This document shows positions 41,827 through 56,756 of a DNA stretch of 64,000 nucleotides, piece by piece. Under the pieces are notes generated by a model. The model saw only the letters and a program-made list of their open reading frames with translations. It did no database searches and was not told where the DNA came from. Numbering within the stretch: position 1 is the stretch's first letter; each line of letters begins with the position of its first letter. The translations under genes and the position numbers were made by a program. The stretch is from Octopus vulgaris. Its lineage: Eukaryota. The stretch spans positions 25,110,001-25,174,000 of the forward strand of contig OX597842.1 of assembly GCA_951406725.2 (NCBI GenBank), in the 5' to 3' direction.

Positions 41827-41977
41827 AAAATATATATATTTTATATATATATATATATATATACCATCATCATCATCGTTTAACGTTCGTTTTCCATGCT
41901 AGCATGGGTTATATATATATATTTTAAGTTTCCGCTCAGAGCTGCCGTCATGCTGATGCACCGCCGTTTATACATAC

Positions 41978-42019
<42 letters not shown>

Positions 42020-42194
42020 ATAAAAATGATAAGACAACAAAAAAATGAAAGAGATCTCGATATTATGTAAATAGAGGAATTTATCTGTAAATGTAATATG
42101 TGGCAATTATTCAGTAGCCATCAGAGTTTTTTTAATGGCTACCGAATAATTATTACGTCTTATATTTACAGATATATATACATATATATATATG

Positions 42195-42314
<120 letters not shown>

Positions 42315-42443
42315 AAGAAGTAAATATATGGCACAACGAAGTACCGATATTTACTGGAAATAGCGAACGTAATATGACGCTAATGTATAATTTTCCCTCA
42401 CGGGCTATTCTTTACTGGAAAGCAATACTCTTGTATTGCATTA

Positions 42444-42747
<304 letters not shown>

Positions 42748-42911
42748 AAAACAAATTCAGAAAATATCACTAATATGTCACTAAAACCACCTATAACCCC
42801 CTGGCCCAGGGTTATAACAATATTAGCAATATTAGCAACAAAATGATATTCAGTCTGTTGAGATGATTTGGAGACACAAAAACTTAATAATCTAATGGTC
42901 TGTCTTTTCTA

Positions 42912-42995
42912 CTCCTCTGATGAGATTCTGCCTGATACAATGATTTAATTATTGTAATTTAATCTTTGGACAAAACTGAAACAGATGTTAAGAGA
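42912..42995 (+). ncRNA. Decayed type-I hammerhead motif
   Basis: CTCCT-CTGATGA-GATTCTGCC...GGACAAAACT-GAAA-CAGATG-TT-AAGAG with inner hairpin TACAATGAT/ATTATTGTA. Confidence 0.55.
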
Positions 42996-43134
42996 AAATG
43001 TTGGATTTTTTCAGTTAATAAATTATGTTAATGCAACATCTCCATTTTCTAAATTTTCTTTTGAATATTTATAAACAAAGGTTTTTGCTTGGATCTATTA
43101 TTTTATAAATATCATTATTCACAAAAAATACTTG

Positions 43135-43880
43135 TGAACGACCTGAGCATTAATGTCAACAGCGATTTGCGTTGCTCAAAACACATTGCTAAAATTGTCA
43201 AGAAAGCTGAGGGTGTCTTGGCATCACTTACCAAGTCCTTTGTGAGCCGCTCTCTGACTATTTATCTGCGGCTTTATATATATATGGTGTGGCCTCACCG
43301 AGAATTTACATTACCAGTTTGAAACCCCTATCTTGCCCAGAATATTAATCGTCTGGAAGCCGTTCACCGATGTGCAACTAGGAGAATACCCTCCATCAGG
43401 CATTTGCCATATTCTGAACGCCTTACTTCCCTGGGCATGGACACATTGAAACTCCGATGTCTGGCAGCTGACTTGGCAGACACCCATAAAATTATTAACC
43501 ATCTTACAAACAATAACTCTGAGCACCTTTTCAAACTCCCCATCTAACACCCGTCACCTTTTCAAACCCCCTCTAACACCCGTGGACATGTTTACAAAGT
43601 CAGAAAACAGCACAGCTCCCATGACTTTCGGAAACATTTTTTCACGCTGAGAGTTACTGAAGCATGGAACAAACTGTCGGCATCAGTTGTTAGTTGTCGG
43701 AGCACTGCATCCTTCAAAACCTCCATGCTTCCTGAGATTCGCCAACACTACACCTGATTTTCTCCCCTCCATACACACGCAAGCATGTATCTGACTCATA
43801 CATTGTTCGCTTTCCAGACATTTGTACGTTACTGCATATACTTTATATGCACTTTTGACAGGTTGTGGTGCACCTGAGCA
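43135..43880 (+). mobile_element. CR1-type LINE 3' fragment (decayed RT C-terminus and 3'UTR)
   Basis: DL.I.VNSDL..SKHI..IVKKA...; NPYL.QNINRLEAVHRCATRRI...YSERL..LGM.TL. Confidence 0.85.
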
Positions 43881-44083
43881 CTCTCTTTACTCTTTTACTC
43901 TTTTACTTGTTTCAGTCATGTGACTGTGGCCATGCTGGAGCACTGCCTTTAGTCTTTGTAAGCCTAGTACTTATTCTATCGGTCTCTTTTACCGAACCGC
44001 TAAGTTACGGAGACATAAACACACCAGCATCGGTTGTCAAGCGATGTTGGGGGAACAAACACAGACATACAAACATACACACA

Positions 44084-44145
<62 letters not shown>

Positions 44146-44449
44146 TTGGCCTGCTCGCTTAGCCAGCAGGGTGGCATCATTCGAAGGCTAAAGCAATGCG
44201 AACGCATTGTGACCAGCGATGTGTAACAACGTCTGATTGTCTGGTCGGTCATGTGATCACGTGATATACATATATATGACGGGCTTCTTTCAGTTTCCGT
44301 CTACCAAATCCACTGACAAGGCTTTGGTCGGCCCGAGGCTTTAGTAGAAGACACTAGCCCAAGGTGCCACGCAGTGGGACTGAATCCAGAACCATGTGGT
44401 TGGTAAGCAAGCTACTTACCACACAGCCTCTCTTATGCCTTTCATTATA

Positions 44450-44496
<47 letters not shown>

Positions 44497-44507
44497 CGTT
44501 ATTATTA

Positions 44508-44556
<49 letters not shown>

Positions 44557-44557
<1 letters not shown>

Positions 44558-45020
44558 GAGTGAGAGAGCAGTACATGCCATCAAAGTGACACTGGGGTAA
44601 AATATACGAAGCCCAATATACCCATCATGACTACCTGTCTGATAAGGGTACACCAGGCACATGCATCACAACCATATGTGCGCGACATGGTGATCTCATA
44701 TCAAGATAAACAGCACATGACCTTGCAGGTGGGGCCCAGTTAGAATTTTCTTCAGGTTGAGTAGCCCTTCCTGCTCAAAAGGTCCCTGAATAAGGGTTGT
44801 TTAAGGATGTTGAAAGAACCACCCATGTTTCCAGAGGTGAATTATCCAAACCCCAAAGAATCCCTCTCAACACATGGCTATGCTGCTCCCCCACTATTTC
44901 TGCTCGTGATCAGAGATGCACATATCGTCAGCCACTAAGGGACATGCTCAATTGGTTAAGGTCAAACAACTGACAAGCAAATCTGTGGTATTGAGCAGAA
45001 TATTTGCTGTAGCCCATCTT
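44557..45020 (-). mobile_element. ~460-bp interspersed element embedded in (TTA)n
   Basis: Unique-looking island with (TTA)n on both sides, no ORF; strand uncertain. Confidence 0.4.
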
Positions 45021-45038
45021 TTATTATTATTATTGTTG

Positions 45039-45081
<43 letters not shown>

Positions 45082-45903
45082 TCAGCAATGAACCAGTAAT
45101 TAATTGGATATTTTTATCTCTCAATTAGGCTATTTTAACCTCTGCTGCATACTATAAGATGTAGATTCAAAGAATCACATGCCTACCACATCATGCTCCT
45201 CTTACAGAATTGGCTATCAGTCTACATAGTAATGTAGTCCACCAAGAAATTTGTGCCTGTCCCTCTATCATACTCTTGTCTCTTAGCACCTAGCAGAAAG
45301 CTACCTTCCTAAATCGAAGGGTCTTGTCTTGCAAACTTCTTGGCGGCTGTTTCTGGTGCTGGTGAGATGGAAAAGTGGCTGCGGCATTCTGTTAATTGGT
45401 CTGTGTCAGGAAGGGCACCGAGCTGTAGAGACCAGGTCAAAACAGACATTGGACCATGATGCAGACCTCTGGAAAACTGTCCAGCTTGTGCCAAAGTGAT
45501 TTACAGACACTAAATGATGATGATGATACATATATACACACAGACACAGACACAGACAAAGATATACACACATAGATACATACATATACATACACGGACA
45601 CGGACATGCACATGCACACACATAAACACATAGATACATAGACAGATATATATAGATATGTATGTATATTTGTATATACACATATACACAACCATGGACA
45701 TATATAAATATATACATATATATATATACACACATACACTCATATATATATATACACATACACACATATATATACATATACATACATACATACATATATA
45801 TATATACATATATATATATATAATATACATATATATAATATATAATATATATATACACATATACACAGGCACATTGATATACATAGATATGTATGAATAT
45901 TAT

Positions 45904-45939
<36 letters not shown>

Positions 45940-46433
45940 ATGTATAAATATATGTATATGCACATATACGCATATATACATATATATATTAGATATATAT
46001 TATATATACATATATATATACACACATTATTATTATTATTATTATATATCTTTATATATAAATATATATATACATATATATATATGTATGCATATGTATA
46101 TATATACATGCACACACACACACATATGCATACATATATACATTTAATATTTGTGTTTGTGTGCTCATATGTGTGTGTCCGTGTGTCCATGTGTGTCAAT
46201 AAATACTTAGATAACTGACTGGCTGTCTGCTTTATTGCAGCAATAATATTTCATTTCCTTCTGCTGTCGAAAAACAACAATCAGCATCCTCATCATCATC
46301 ATCATCATCGGCAGCAGCAGCATCCACTAAGGCCAGCTGCAATTCACTGCTGCTGATATCGAATGCTTCTGAAATCATTACTTGCTAGATGCTGCCAGAT
46401 GTGGAGAGATGTGAGCATGCGAGGGTGTGTGTG

Positions 46434-46496
<63 letters not shown>

Positions 46497-46503
46497 ATGT
46501 ATG

Positions 46504-46588
<85 letters not shown>

Positions 46589-46710
46589 TCACATGTACAC
46601 ACACATAGGCCTATAGATATATATATGAATATATAAATATATGTATATGTATATATATATATACATATATATGTGTGTGTGTGTGTATGTGTATATTCGT
46701 ACAGACACAC

Positions 46711-46759
<49 letters not shown>

Positions 46760-46819
46760 CATATATGTACAGACATACACATACACATATACATACATAT
46801 ATATATATATGCACATATA

Positions 46820-46850
<31 letters not shown>

Positions 46851-46861
46851 GTACACATATA

Positions 46862-46903
<42 letters not shown>

Positions 46904-46919
46904 CATACACACACACACA

Positions 46920-46997
<78 letters not shown>

Positions 46998-47239
46998 TAG
47001 ACGTATATATATACATACATATGCATACACATTATGTATATATGTATGTATAGACACACACACACATATACTTTTGCTATGTCCTTCAATGTTCATCCTG
47101 ATGCCTCATTTGCACGATTGTCTTCTCTACTCTCCCAGCTGTATGTTGTGCTCTTGAGCAAGACACTTTGTTTAACATTGCTCCACGGGTGCCAAGCTGT
47201 ATCAGCCTTTGCCTTTCCCTTGGCTAAAAACGTTGGCAT

Positions 47240-47832
47240 AGAGAGGCGAGGCTGGTATGCATGGGTGACTGCTGGTTTTCCATAAACAACCTTGTCCAGG
47301 CTTGTGCCTCGGAGGGGAACTTTCTAGGTGCAATCCCATGGTAATTCTTGATCAAAGGGGCTCTTTACCCTTTACCCTATGTACATATTATAGTGTAAAG
47401 AGGGGAGGCTGGTATGCGTGGGCAACTGTTGGTCTTCCATAAACAACCTTGCCCGGACTTGTGCCTCGGAGGGTATCTTTCTAGGTGCAATCCCATGGCA
47501 ATTCTTGACCAAAGGGGCTCTTTACCCTTTACCCTATGTACATATTATAGTGTAAAGAGGGGAGGCTGGTATGCGTGGGCAACTGTTGGTCTTCCATAAA
47601 CAACCTTGTCCAGGCTTGTGCCTCGGAGGGGAACTTTCTAGGTGCAATCCCATGGTAATTCTTGACCAAAGGGGCTCTTTACCCTTTACCCTATGTACAT
47701 ATTATAGTGTAAAGAGGGGAGGCTGGTATGCGTGGGCAACTGTTGGTCTTCCATAAACAACCTTGCCCGGACTTGTGCCTCGGAGGGGAACATTCTAGGT
47801 GCAATCCCATGGAGATTCATGACCAAAGGTGA
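47240..47832. repeat. Four tandem 157-bp units of a SINE-like 3' end
   Basis: Period 47414 to 47571; tail aactttctaggtgcaatcccatgg also at 9710. Confidence 0.85.
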
Positions 47833-47908
47833 TCTTTGCAAACACACCTGTGTGTGTGTATATATATATGCAGATATGTATATATGTGGGTATATATACA
47901 AGTGTGTT

Positions 47909-47945
<37 letters not shown>

Positions 47946-48319
47946 ATAAGTGTGTATATGTATATATATAAATATACATACATATCTAGATATCTCTGTC
48001 TGTGTATCTATGTGTGTGTGTGTGTATGTATGTGTGAATATGTGTCAGTGTGTGTGTGTGTGTGTGTTGTGTGTCCATGTCTATGTCTGTGTCTGTGTGT
48101 GTATGTATGTATCATCATCATCATATATATATATATATATATGCATATATAGGAGTGGCTGTGTGGTAAGTAGCTTGCTTACCAACCACATGGTTCCGGG
48201 TTCAGTCTCACTGCATGGCACCTTGGGCAAGTGTCTTCTACTATAGCCTTGGGTTGACCAAAGCCTTGTGAGTGGATTTGGTAGACGGAAACTGAAAGAA
48301 GCCTATCGTATATATGTGT

Positions 48320-48350
<31 letters not shown>

Positions 48351-48448
48351 ACGGGAAGCTTTATGAAAATAGACAAAAGACAAAGGCAGGTGGAAAACAA
48401 ACAAACAATTGTATTAGTATGGCGCTCAGGAAATATAAATAAAACAAG

Positions 48449-48486
48449 TCTTTAACGTTTCGAGCCTACGCTCTTCAACAGAAAGA
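48449..48486 (-). ncRNA. Minimal hammerhead-like motif, CUGUUGA core
   Basis: TCTTT-CTGTTGA-A-GAGCGTAGGCTC-GAAA-CG-TT-AAAGA. Confidence 0.65.
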
Positions 48487-48556
48487 TACACAGAGAGAAA
48501 AAAAAAACACAGAAAGAAGGAGAGAAAAAAAAATGCGTGCAGTAACTAACGAATCA

Positions 48557-48587
<31 letters not shown>

Positions 48588-48603
48588 CATATATATATAT
48601 GTA

Positions 48604-48658
<55 letters not shown>

Positions 48659-48767
48659 CATACATATATATATATGTATTACATGTATGTATATATATAT
48701 ATATATATGTAAATATATACATATATATATATGTGTATGTATATGTATGTGTGTGTGTATATGTTTC

Positions 48768-49277
48768 TGTGTGAAATCCAGCTGTGTGCAGCTCCCGGCA
48801 AACAGTTTCTGTGGAAACTGGGTTCTCGAGATGGTCCTTAAGCTCTGCAGTAATATTGGGAGCTGTACTTTTGTGATCCTTTCTGAGTCTGACGGTCCCT
48901 ATCTGAAAGTCTTGGTTTTCTTCCATAGTTTTGTTTCGATGAGGAGGTTCTTCCCTCTTTCTCAAAGGCTGTCATTACTTTCAAGACAGTACTTCTTGAT
49001 ACACCAAACATTTCGGTTGTTTTCATTATGCTAGCACCTGCCATACGAGCACCAACAATTTGACATCTTTGGAAGTCCGATAGATGTGTCATTTTAATGA
49101 ATTTTAATTACCTTTTTTCTGATGATATCTGAAAAGAAACAGCAATTTTAGCAAAACATATTTTAGCAACACTAATGATAAATCAAAAAACATAAAAATA
49201 AACAAGCTTTTGAAGGTTTTATAGATATTTCTAAAAATATGATGCTATGTTACTAGATGTTTCCATTATTTTATCGT
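48768..49277 (-). mobile_element. Tc1-like transposon 5' fragment, same family as 8385-9695
   Basis: [39 protein letters not shown]; shared 5' sequence. Confidence 0.88.
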
Positions 49278-49497
49278 TACCTTCTGAGTTCAAATTCCGC
49301 CGAGGTCGACTTTGCCTTTCATCCTTTCAAGGTCGATAAATAAAGTACCAGTTTCCCACTGGGGTTGATGTAATCGACTTAATCCCTTTGTCTGTCCTTG
49401 TTTGTCCCCTCTACGTTTAGCCCCTTGTGGGCAGTAAAGAAATATATTATTTTATCCAAGATAGAAAGATAGATACACAGACAGACAGATAGATAGG

Positions 49498-49563
<66 letters not shown>

Positions 49564-49566
49564 CAC

Positions 49567-49619
<53 letters not shown>

Positions 49620-49652
49620 CACAGACAGACAGATAGATAGATAGATGCACAG

Positions 49653-49683
<31 letters not shown>

Positions 49684-49768
49684 GAGAGAGAGAGAAAGAG
49701 AGAGAGAGAAAGAGATAGATAGATAGATAGATGGATGGATGGTTGGATGGATGGATGGATAGACAGAC

Positions 49769-49829
<61 letters not shown>

Positions 49830-50651
49830 GATAGATAGATATAGAAAGATAGATAGATAGATAGATAGATGGATGGACGGATAGATGGATAGACAGACAG
49901 ACAGACAGATAGATAGATAGATAGATAGGTAGATAGATAGATATATAGATAGATAGATATATAGATAGATAGATAGAAATAGATAGATAGATAGATAGAT
50001 AGGTAGATAGGTAGGTAGATAAGATAGATAAAATAGATAGATGCCCCTCATTTCAAACAGTTTTAAATACACACAATACTAGCTTAGTCCATCCTTTACA
50101 AGTTTCGCCTTTCCATTTTGTGCTAATTTCTAATTCTTTGGATGTTTTAATATTGATCACTGTGTCTTTAGACCTGCTTTATCATAATGATTTCTGCTTG
50201 AATATGCAACGTTTGTTATTGGCTGTTGAACTGTTTGACCTATTTATTAATTCTTCTGCAGAGTCTGAGTGATTAGGATGTTTGCGTTGCTGTTGTCTGG
50301 TTTGCTTCTGTTTATGTTGGTGCCGTGTAAAAAGCAGTCGTGCCAGGGCTATGCAAGAGTGCTCGTGCCGGTGCCACATTAAAAGCATCCAGGACACACT
50401 GTAAAGTGGTTGGGTTTAGGAAGGGCATCCGGCTGTAGAAACCATGGCAAAGCAGACTATGGAACCTGGTGGAGGTAGACAGACAGACAGATAGATAGAT
50501 AGATAAGTTTCTTTATTGGCCACACAGGGCTGCACACAGATGGGACAAGTTACAAGGTAGAGCTTTTCTTTTGGGGGATGAAGAAAAAAAAAAAGGTGGC
50601 GTAGGTTTTCAATCAAAAGGGATCGTAAAGGGAAAAAAGAACAAAAAAAGA

Positions 50652-50692
<41 letters not shown>

Positions 50693-51769
50693 AAGACAGA
50701 TAGACACATAGATAGCTAAATAGATAGATAGATACACAGATATATATATATATATCTATATATATATTATGTAAGTATGTATCTATCTATCTGTGTATCT
50801 CTCTCTCTCTCTCTCTCCATATGTATATATATATATATATATATATACATACACACACACACACACACACACAATATATATATATATATATAGAAAGAGA
50901 GAGAGAGAGATACGCAGATAGATAGATAGATAGATTCCGACTTAGTATATTGAAAACATGACTATGTTTTAATTTGATCATATATACAGATAAATAGATA
51001 GATGCACAGATAGATTGATGGATAGATATACAGATAGATAGACAGGCAAGCAAGTAGACAGATAGATAGGTAGATTGTTAGACAGATACACACATACATA
51101 CATACATACATACATACATACATACATACATACTCACATACAAGCACATGCTTAAATACATATGATCCTGCGATAGCCTGGGAGCATTTGCTTTGGGAAT
51201 TTTATTGTTCTAAATAAACTATAGCTGTCTGTCTGATTTGCAGATACGGACATATGTTTTTAAGAAATTAGATTTTGCAACAATATAATTTCTAGTTCAA
51301 CCCCACTGCAGAGCACCATAGGCAAAAGCCTTCTACTATAGCCCCAGATCAATTAATACTTTGTGAACAAATCCAGTTGATGGACACCTTTCAGAATTCC
51401 TGTAAAATCTGCATGAAAAAATAAACCAGCCATTAGCAAGAGAGGCAGTACAGGATCTAACGTCACTTCATATCCTGAAGATGAACCTGAGATAGCCTGG
51501 GAGAATTTGCTTTGGGAATTTTATTGTTCTAAATAAACTATAGCGGTCTGTCTGATTTGCAGATATGCACAACCCCCAAAATTAGAGTATAGTCATGTTT
51601 GTAATGCATTATGTCAGCTTTCCTGTAAAATAATGTCAGAAATTACCTACTGGATGCAAAACTATAGATTTTTTTTCTTATTTACATATTTGAAGAGTTG
51701 TGGATTGCAATTCATGAGAAGAAAGCTAATAAAGATAATAGGCCTGTTGAGGCAAGTGAAATTAGAATC

Positions 51770-52632
51770 GAAATCGAAATCAAATTTGATGACTGGCATC
51801 CGTGCTAGTGGAGCGCTAAGAGCACCATCTAAGTGTGATCGTTGGCAGAGCAGCAAACTGGCTTCTGTGCTGGTGGCATGTAAAAAGCACTATTCATGCA
51901 TGATCGTTACCAGCGTCGCCTTTCTGGCACTTGTGCCGGTGGCACGTGAAAGAACATTCGAGCAAGGTTGTTGCCAGTGCCGCTTGACTGGCTCCTGTGC
52001 AGGTGGCACGTGAAAAGCACCATAAGAGCGTGATCGTTACCAGCGTCGCCTTACTGGCACGTGAAAGAACATTCGAGCAAGGTTGTTGCCAGTGCCGCTT
52101 GACTGGCTCCTGTGCAGGTGGCACGTAAAAAGCACCATAAGAGCGTGATCGTTACCAGCGTCGCCTTACTGGCACTTGTGCCGGTGGCACGTGAAAGAAC
52201 ATTCGCGTTAGGTTGCTGCAAGTGCCGCTTGATTGGCCCCTGTGCAGGTGGCATGTAAAAAGCACCATACGAGCATGATTGTTACCAGCGTCGCCTTACT
52301 GGAACTTGTGCCGGTGGTATGGGAAAAAACATTCGAGCAAGGTTGTTGCCAGTGCTGCTGGACTGGCTCTTGTGCAGGTGGCACATAAACAAAAAGATCT
52401 GAGCGTGGCCGTTGCCAGTACCGTCTGATTGGCCCTCGTGCTGGTGGCACGTAAAAGCACCCACTACACTCTTGGAGTGGTTGGCGTTAGGAAGGGCATC
52501 CAGCTGTAGAAACTCTGCCAGATCAGATTGGAGCCTGGTGCAGCCATCTGGTTCGCCAGACCTCAGTCAAATCGTCCAACCCATGCCAGCAGGGAAAGCA
52601 GACGTTAAACAATGATGATGATGATGATGATG
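51770..52632 (+). mobile_element. SINE family C with amplified internal repeats
   Basis: Multi-copy; (GAT)n tail at 52612. Confidence 0.8.
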
Positions 52633-52971
52633 AAATTAGAACAGTCGTGTTTTCAATATATTGTAAGTTGGTATATAATATAAGTTGGTATTCTTGTGGA
52701 ATAGCGTCGGAAATTACTTTGTAGATTGTAAATTCTTTTCTATTTGTATATTTGAACAGTTATCGATTGCGATTCTGAAAAAGGCAAAACCAAAAACTAA
52801 TAAAATGCTCAAATTAAAACATAGTCATGTTTTCAATATATGAAGTCGGAATCCTTGTAGAACAGAGCCAGAAATTACATAGTTCTCCCAAAACTCTAAA
52901 TTCTGTTATGTTTGTACATTTGAAGTTATGTTGCTTGTGATTTTGGAAAAAAAAAAAAAAACGAAATTAGA

Positions 52972-53360
52972 AGGCGCAGGAGTGGCTGTGTGGTAAGTAG
53001 CTTGCTTAGCAACCACATGGTTCCGGGTTCAGTCCCACTGCGTGGTACCTTGGACAAGTACTATAGCCTTGGGCCGACCAAAGCCTTGTGAGTGGATTTG
53101 GTAGACAGAAACTGAAAGAAGCCTGTCGTATATATGCATATGTATGTGTGTGTGTATGTATGTGTCTGTGTTTGTCCCCCCAACATTGCTTGACAACTGA
53201 TGCTGGTGTGTTTACGTCCCCCATAACTTTGCGGTTCGGCAAAAGAGAACGATAGAATAAATACTAGGCTTACAAAGAATATGTCCTGGGGTCGATTTGC
53301 TCGACTAAAGGTGGTGCTCCAGCATGGCCGCAGTCCAATGACTGAAACAAGTGAAAAAAT
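52972..53360 (+). mobile_element. tRNA-derived SINE family A, full length
   Basis: ggcgcaggagtggctgtgtggtaag head with B-box ggttcagtccc. Confidence 0.85.
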
Positions 53361-53872
53361 AAAACAGTATACAATTGTGTTTTCGATATATTAAGTCAGC
53401 ATTCATGTACAATAGCGTCAGAAATTACCTAGTTAACCCCAAACTGTAATTTCTTCAGATTATGATTTTGTATTTAAAAAAAAAAACCCCAGAAAACTTG
53501 CTTTACCCCTGAGATTTTCCGTATTCAGTTTTTTACTTCAATTTTTTTTTTCAAAGACTTATATATTAAATAAAGCTGCGATTAAGATTCTTTGAAAATA
53601 TGCGTAACTTTTTAAAATAGAAATCTGAAAAATAAAAAAAAGTTGAAAGAAAGTCGAAAGGGAAAAACTACAAGAAGGAAGGGGGCAGGGAGATACCCTC
53701 CATTTTCTTAATTTTCTTCTTTTTTATTTGGCAGAATCATAATATACGATGCTTAAAACATGTATGTATGTATGTATGTATGTATGTATGTATGTATGTA
53801 TGTATGTATGTATGTATGTATGTGTGAGTATGTGTGTGTGTGGGTGCATATATATATATGTATATATATATA

Positions 53873-54255
53873 CTAGCAGTATCGCCCGGCGTTGCTCGGG
53901 TTTGTAAGGGAAATAACTATAAAGCATTTTTAGAGAGTTATAGCCAAAAAAGAGCAAAAAAATGGAAATAAAATTATGGTAAATTTTTTTTTGAGAGTTA
54001 AAAAGGTCGAGTTGCGTCCCCTAGACAGTCTGTGGTTTGTGTTTCTGATTCTCGACCCCATGTCGAATTTATCAATTTTTTTCAGAACTGGGGGAACTTT
54101 TCAAAATTTTCGCTGCGTTAGTTTTGAATTATGACATTGGGCTATGTGTGTGTCAAGTTTCATCAGAATCGGTTGAAAGCCGTGGTCAGGGTGAGGGTAC
54201 AACCAAACAGACACACAGACACACACACAGACAAACTGCCGTTTATATATAGAGA
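53873..54255 (-). mobile_element. Non-autonomous Helitron
   Basis: Minus strand A|TC...cccgagcaacgccggg hairpin...CTAG|T, no TSD. Confidence 0.8.
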
Positions 54256-54257
54256 TA

Positions 54258-54309
<52 letters not shown>

Positions 54310-54635
54310 AGAAATCAGAATCAAAATCGAAATCGATCAACATCAATGGAAATTATAGCTGTGATACCAGTGCCGGTGGCACGTAAGCGAACCCCGACGG
54401 GCCTCCGTGCCGGTGGCACGTAAAAAGCACTATCCGATCGTGGCCGTTGCCAACCCCGTCTGGCACGTAAAAAGCACCCACTACACTCACGGAGTGGTTG
54501 GCGTTAGGAAGGGCATCCAGCTGTAGAAACATTGCCAGATTAGACTGGAGCCTGGTGCAGCCTCCTGGCTTCCCAGACCCCAGTTGAGCCGTCCAATCCA
54601 TGCTAGCATGGAAAGCCGACGCTAAATGATGATGA

Positions 54636-54640
<5 letters not shown>
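54310..54640 (+). mobile_element. SINE family C
   Basis: Multi-copy. Confidence 0.75.
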
Positions 54641-54712
<72 letters not shown>

Positions 54713-55153
54713 TATGTATATATGTACATATATGCGCAAGCATCACTGTGTGGTAAGAAGCTTGCTTCCCAACCACATGGTTCTGGGTTCAGTCCCACTG
54801 CATGGCGCCTCTAGCAAGTGTCTTCTAGGCCATTCAAAGCGAGATGGCAGAAACGTTAGCCAGGTTTAATGAAATCATAATGGATCGCCCCTGCACCAGA
54901 CCACCAAACACACACCATCAGCTTCTTCCTTTGATGAATTTTGCTTCTTGGACTGTGTTTTGGTGGTTCGTGTTTGTCCAACCATTACGCTGTATGTTTC
55001 ATCATCATCATCATCGTCGTTTAACGTCCGTTCTCCATGCTAGCATGGGTTGGACGGTTCGACCGGGGTTCTGGGAAGCCAGAAGGCTGCACCAGGCTTC
55101 CCAGAACCCCGGTTTACGGTTGTTATTTATATTGGATCCATTTTTCCTCAAAT

Positions 55154-55373
55154 ACTCTTTTACTCTTTTACTTGTTTCAGTCATTTGACTGCGGCCATGC
55201 TGGAGCACCGCCTTTAGTCGAGCAAATCGACCCCAGGACTTATTCTTTGTAAGCCCAGTACTTATTCTATCGGTCTCTTTTTGCCAAACCTCTAAGTGAC
55301 GGGGACGTAAACACACCAGCATCGGTTGTCAAGCAATGCTAAGGGGACAAACAGAGACACACAAACACATACA

Positions 55374-55437
<64 letters not shown>

Positions 55438-55515
55438 CAGGCTTCTTTCAGTTTCCGTCTACCAAATCCACTCACAAGGCATTGGTCGGCCCGGGGCTAT
55501 AGCAGAAGACACACG
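55154..55515 (-). mobile_element. SINE family A (5' truncated)
   Basis: Multi-copy. Confidence 0.8.
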
Positions 55516-56151
55516 TTACGATTCGATTAAAAAATGATTCATTTTTGTGACGAGAAAATAGCATAATACAGGCTTCCAAACATTCCTGTTTCTGATTTTC
55601 ATTGAATTCATTTGGAACCCATTTATCCAACTGTTTCACTCTACCGATTTGAACTAGCTGAGTCAATATTGTTTGCTTGCTAACACCAAACAACAACGAT
55701 AATTCACGGACCCTTGAGATGGATCTGATTCGTCGGTGGCTTTCATTTCGTCATTATCCATTTTTGTTTCTGGTCAACCACGTTGCTCATTTATGAGGTC
55801 AAAGTCACCAGAACGAAATTTTGCAAACCAATTTGATACTGTCTGCTGTGTAATAGCATTAGAATGAAATACTTTATTAATATTCCGAGCTGTCTGTGAT
55901 GCAGTATTTCCAAGAAAGAACTCATATTTCAAAACTGTAAGAATTTCCGACTTATCCATCTCTAAACAAAAATAGCAAAAAATAATTTATAAATACTTTA
56001 TAAGGCGCAAAATGAGTTACAATAAAGAAAAAGATGTGTCAGCTTTCTAACAAAAGAAAAAGATTGTCAAAATATAATAATGGCGCAAAATGAGAAGCTG
56101 TCAAAGTTTACCATATACCTTACTACAGATTTCATACTTGACGACCTAGTA
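55515..56151 (-). mobile_element. mariner (DD34D-type) transposase 5' relic
   Basis: MDKSEI...KYEF..G..ASQTARNI...TVSNWFAKFRSGDFDL; KWVPNE (WVPHEL motif); FFNRIVT. Confidence 0.88.
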
Positions 56152-56361
56152 ATAAATTAAATCATTTGTTTAAAATCTGCTTCATGATATTCCATTACTT
56201 ATGTTTCTCAAAAGCTCATTTACTCAGCTGGCAAAAATGAGTAACGCTGCGATGGACTAGCGTCCCGTCCAGCTGGGGAATACATACGCCATAGAAACCG
56301 GGAAACCGGGCCCATAAGCGTGGCTAGGCTTTAAAAGGGCGCATTTATCTATTTTATTATA

Positions 56362-56500
56362 ATACCAAGAACTCGTTGATGTCTGCTATTGACGACATTA
56401 TGACCAGCATGAATAAAAAAATCACCTGATCAACGAAGATAGTAATTTCAGAAGCTTTATCGATGAAGTAATCGAAGCTGATGGAAATTTTATTGAACAA
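56362..56500 (+). mobile_element. Tc1/mariner transposase C-terminal relic
   Basis: TKNSLMSAI...FRSFIDEVIEADGNFIE, similar to the end of 62829-63146. Confidence 0.6.
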
Positions 56501-56722
56501 TCTTTTGCAACGTGTATGTAAAAATATGTGTACCAGATTCTATAGAAATTATTGGTTTTTCTAATAAATATTCTTACTTTCCTTAAATTAAAATTTTGTT
56601 TTCAAATAGCTGACGCATTCTGTATGCATGTGTGTGTGTGTGTGTGTATGGGTGTGCGTGCGTGTATATGAAGTATATACGAATGCATGATGGACTTAGG
56701 TCTCTTAACAACTCAGGCAACG

Positions 56723-56756
<34 letters not shown>

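Noticed and set aside
50045-50320. Coding-like minus-strand stretch
   Set aside because: Interrupted by stops, no splice sites or recognisable motif
51474-51495. CTGAAGA as a hammerhead core
   Set aside because: No stem II-GAAA-stem III follows
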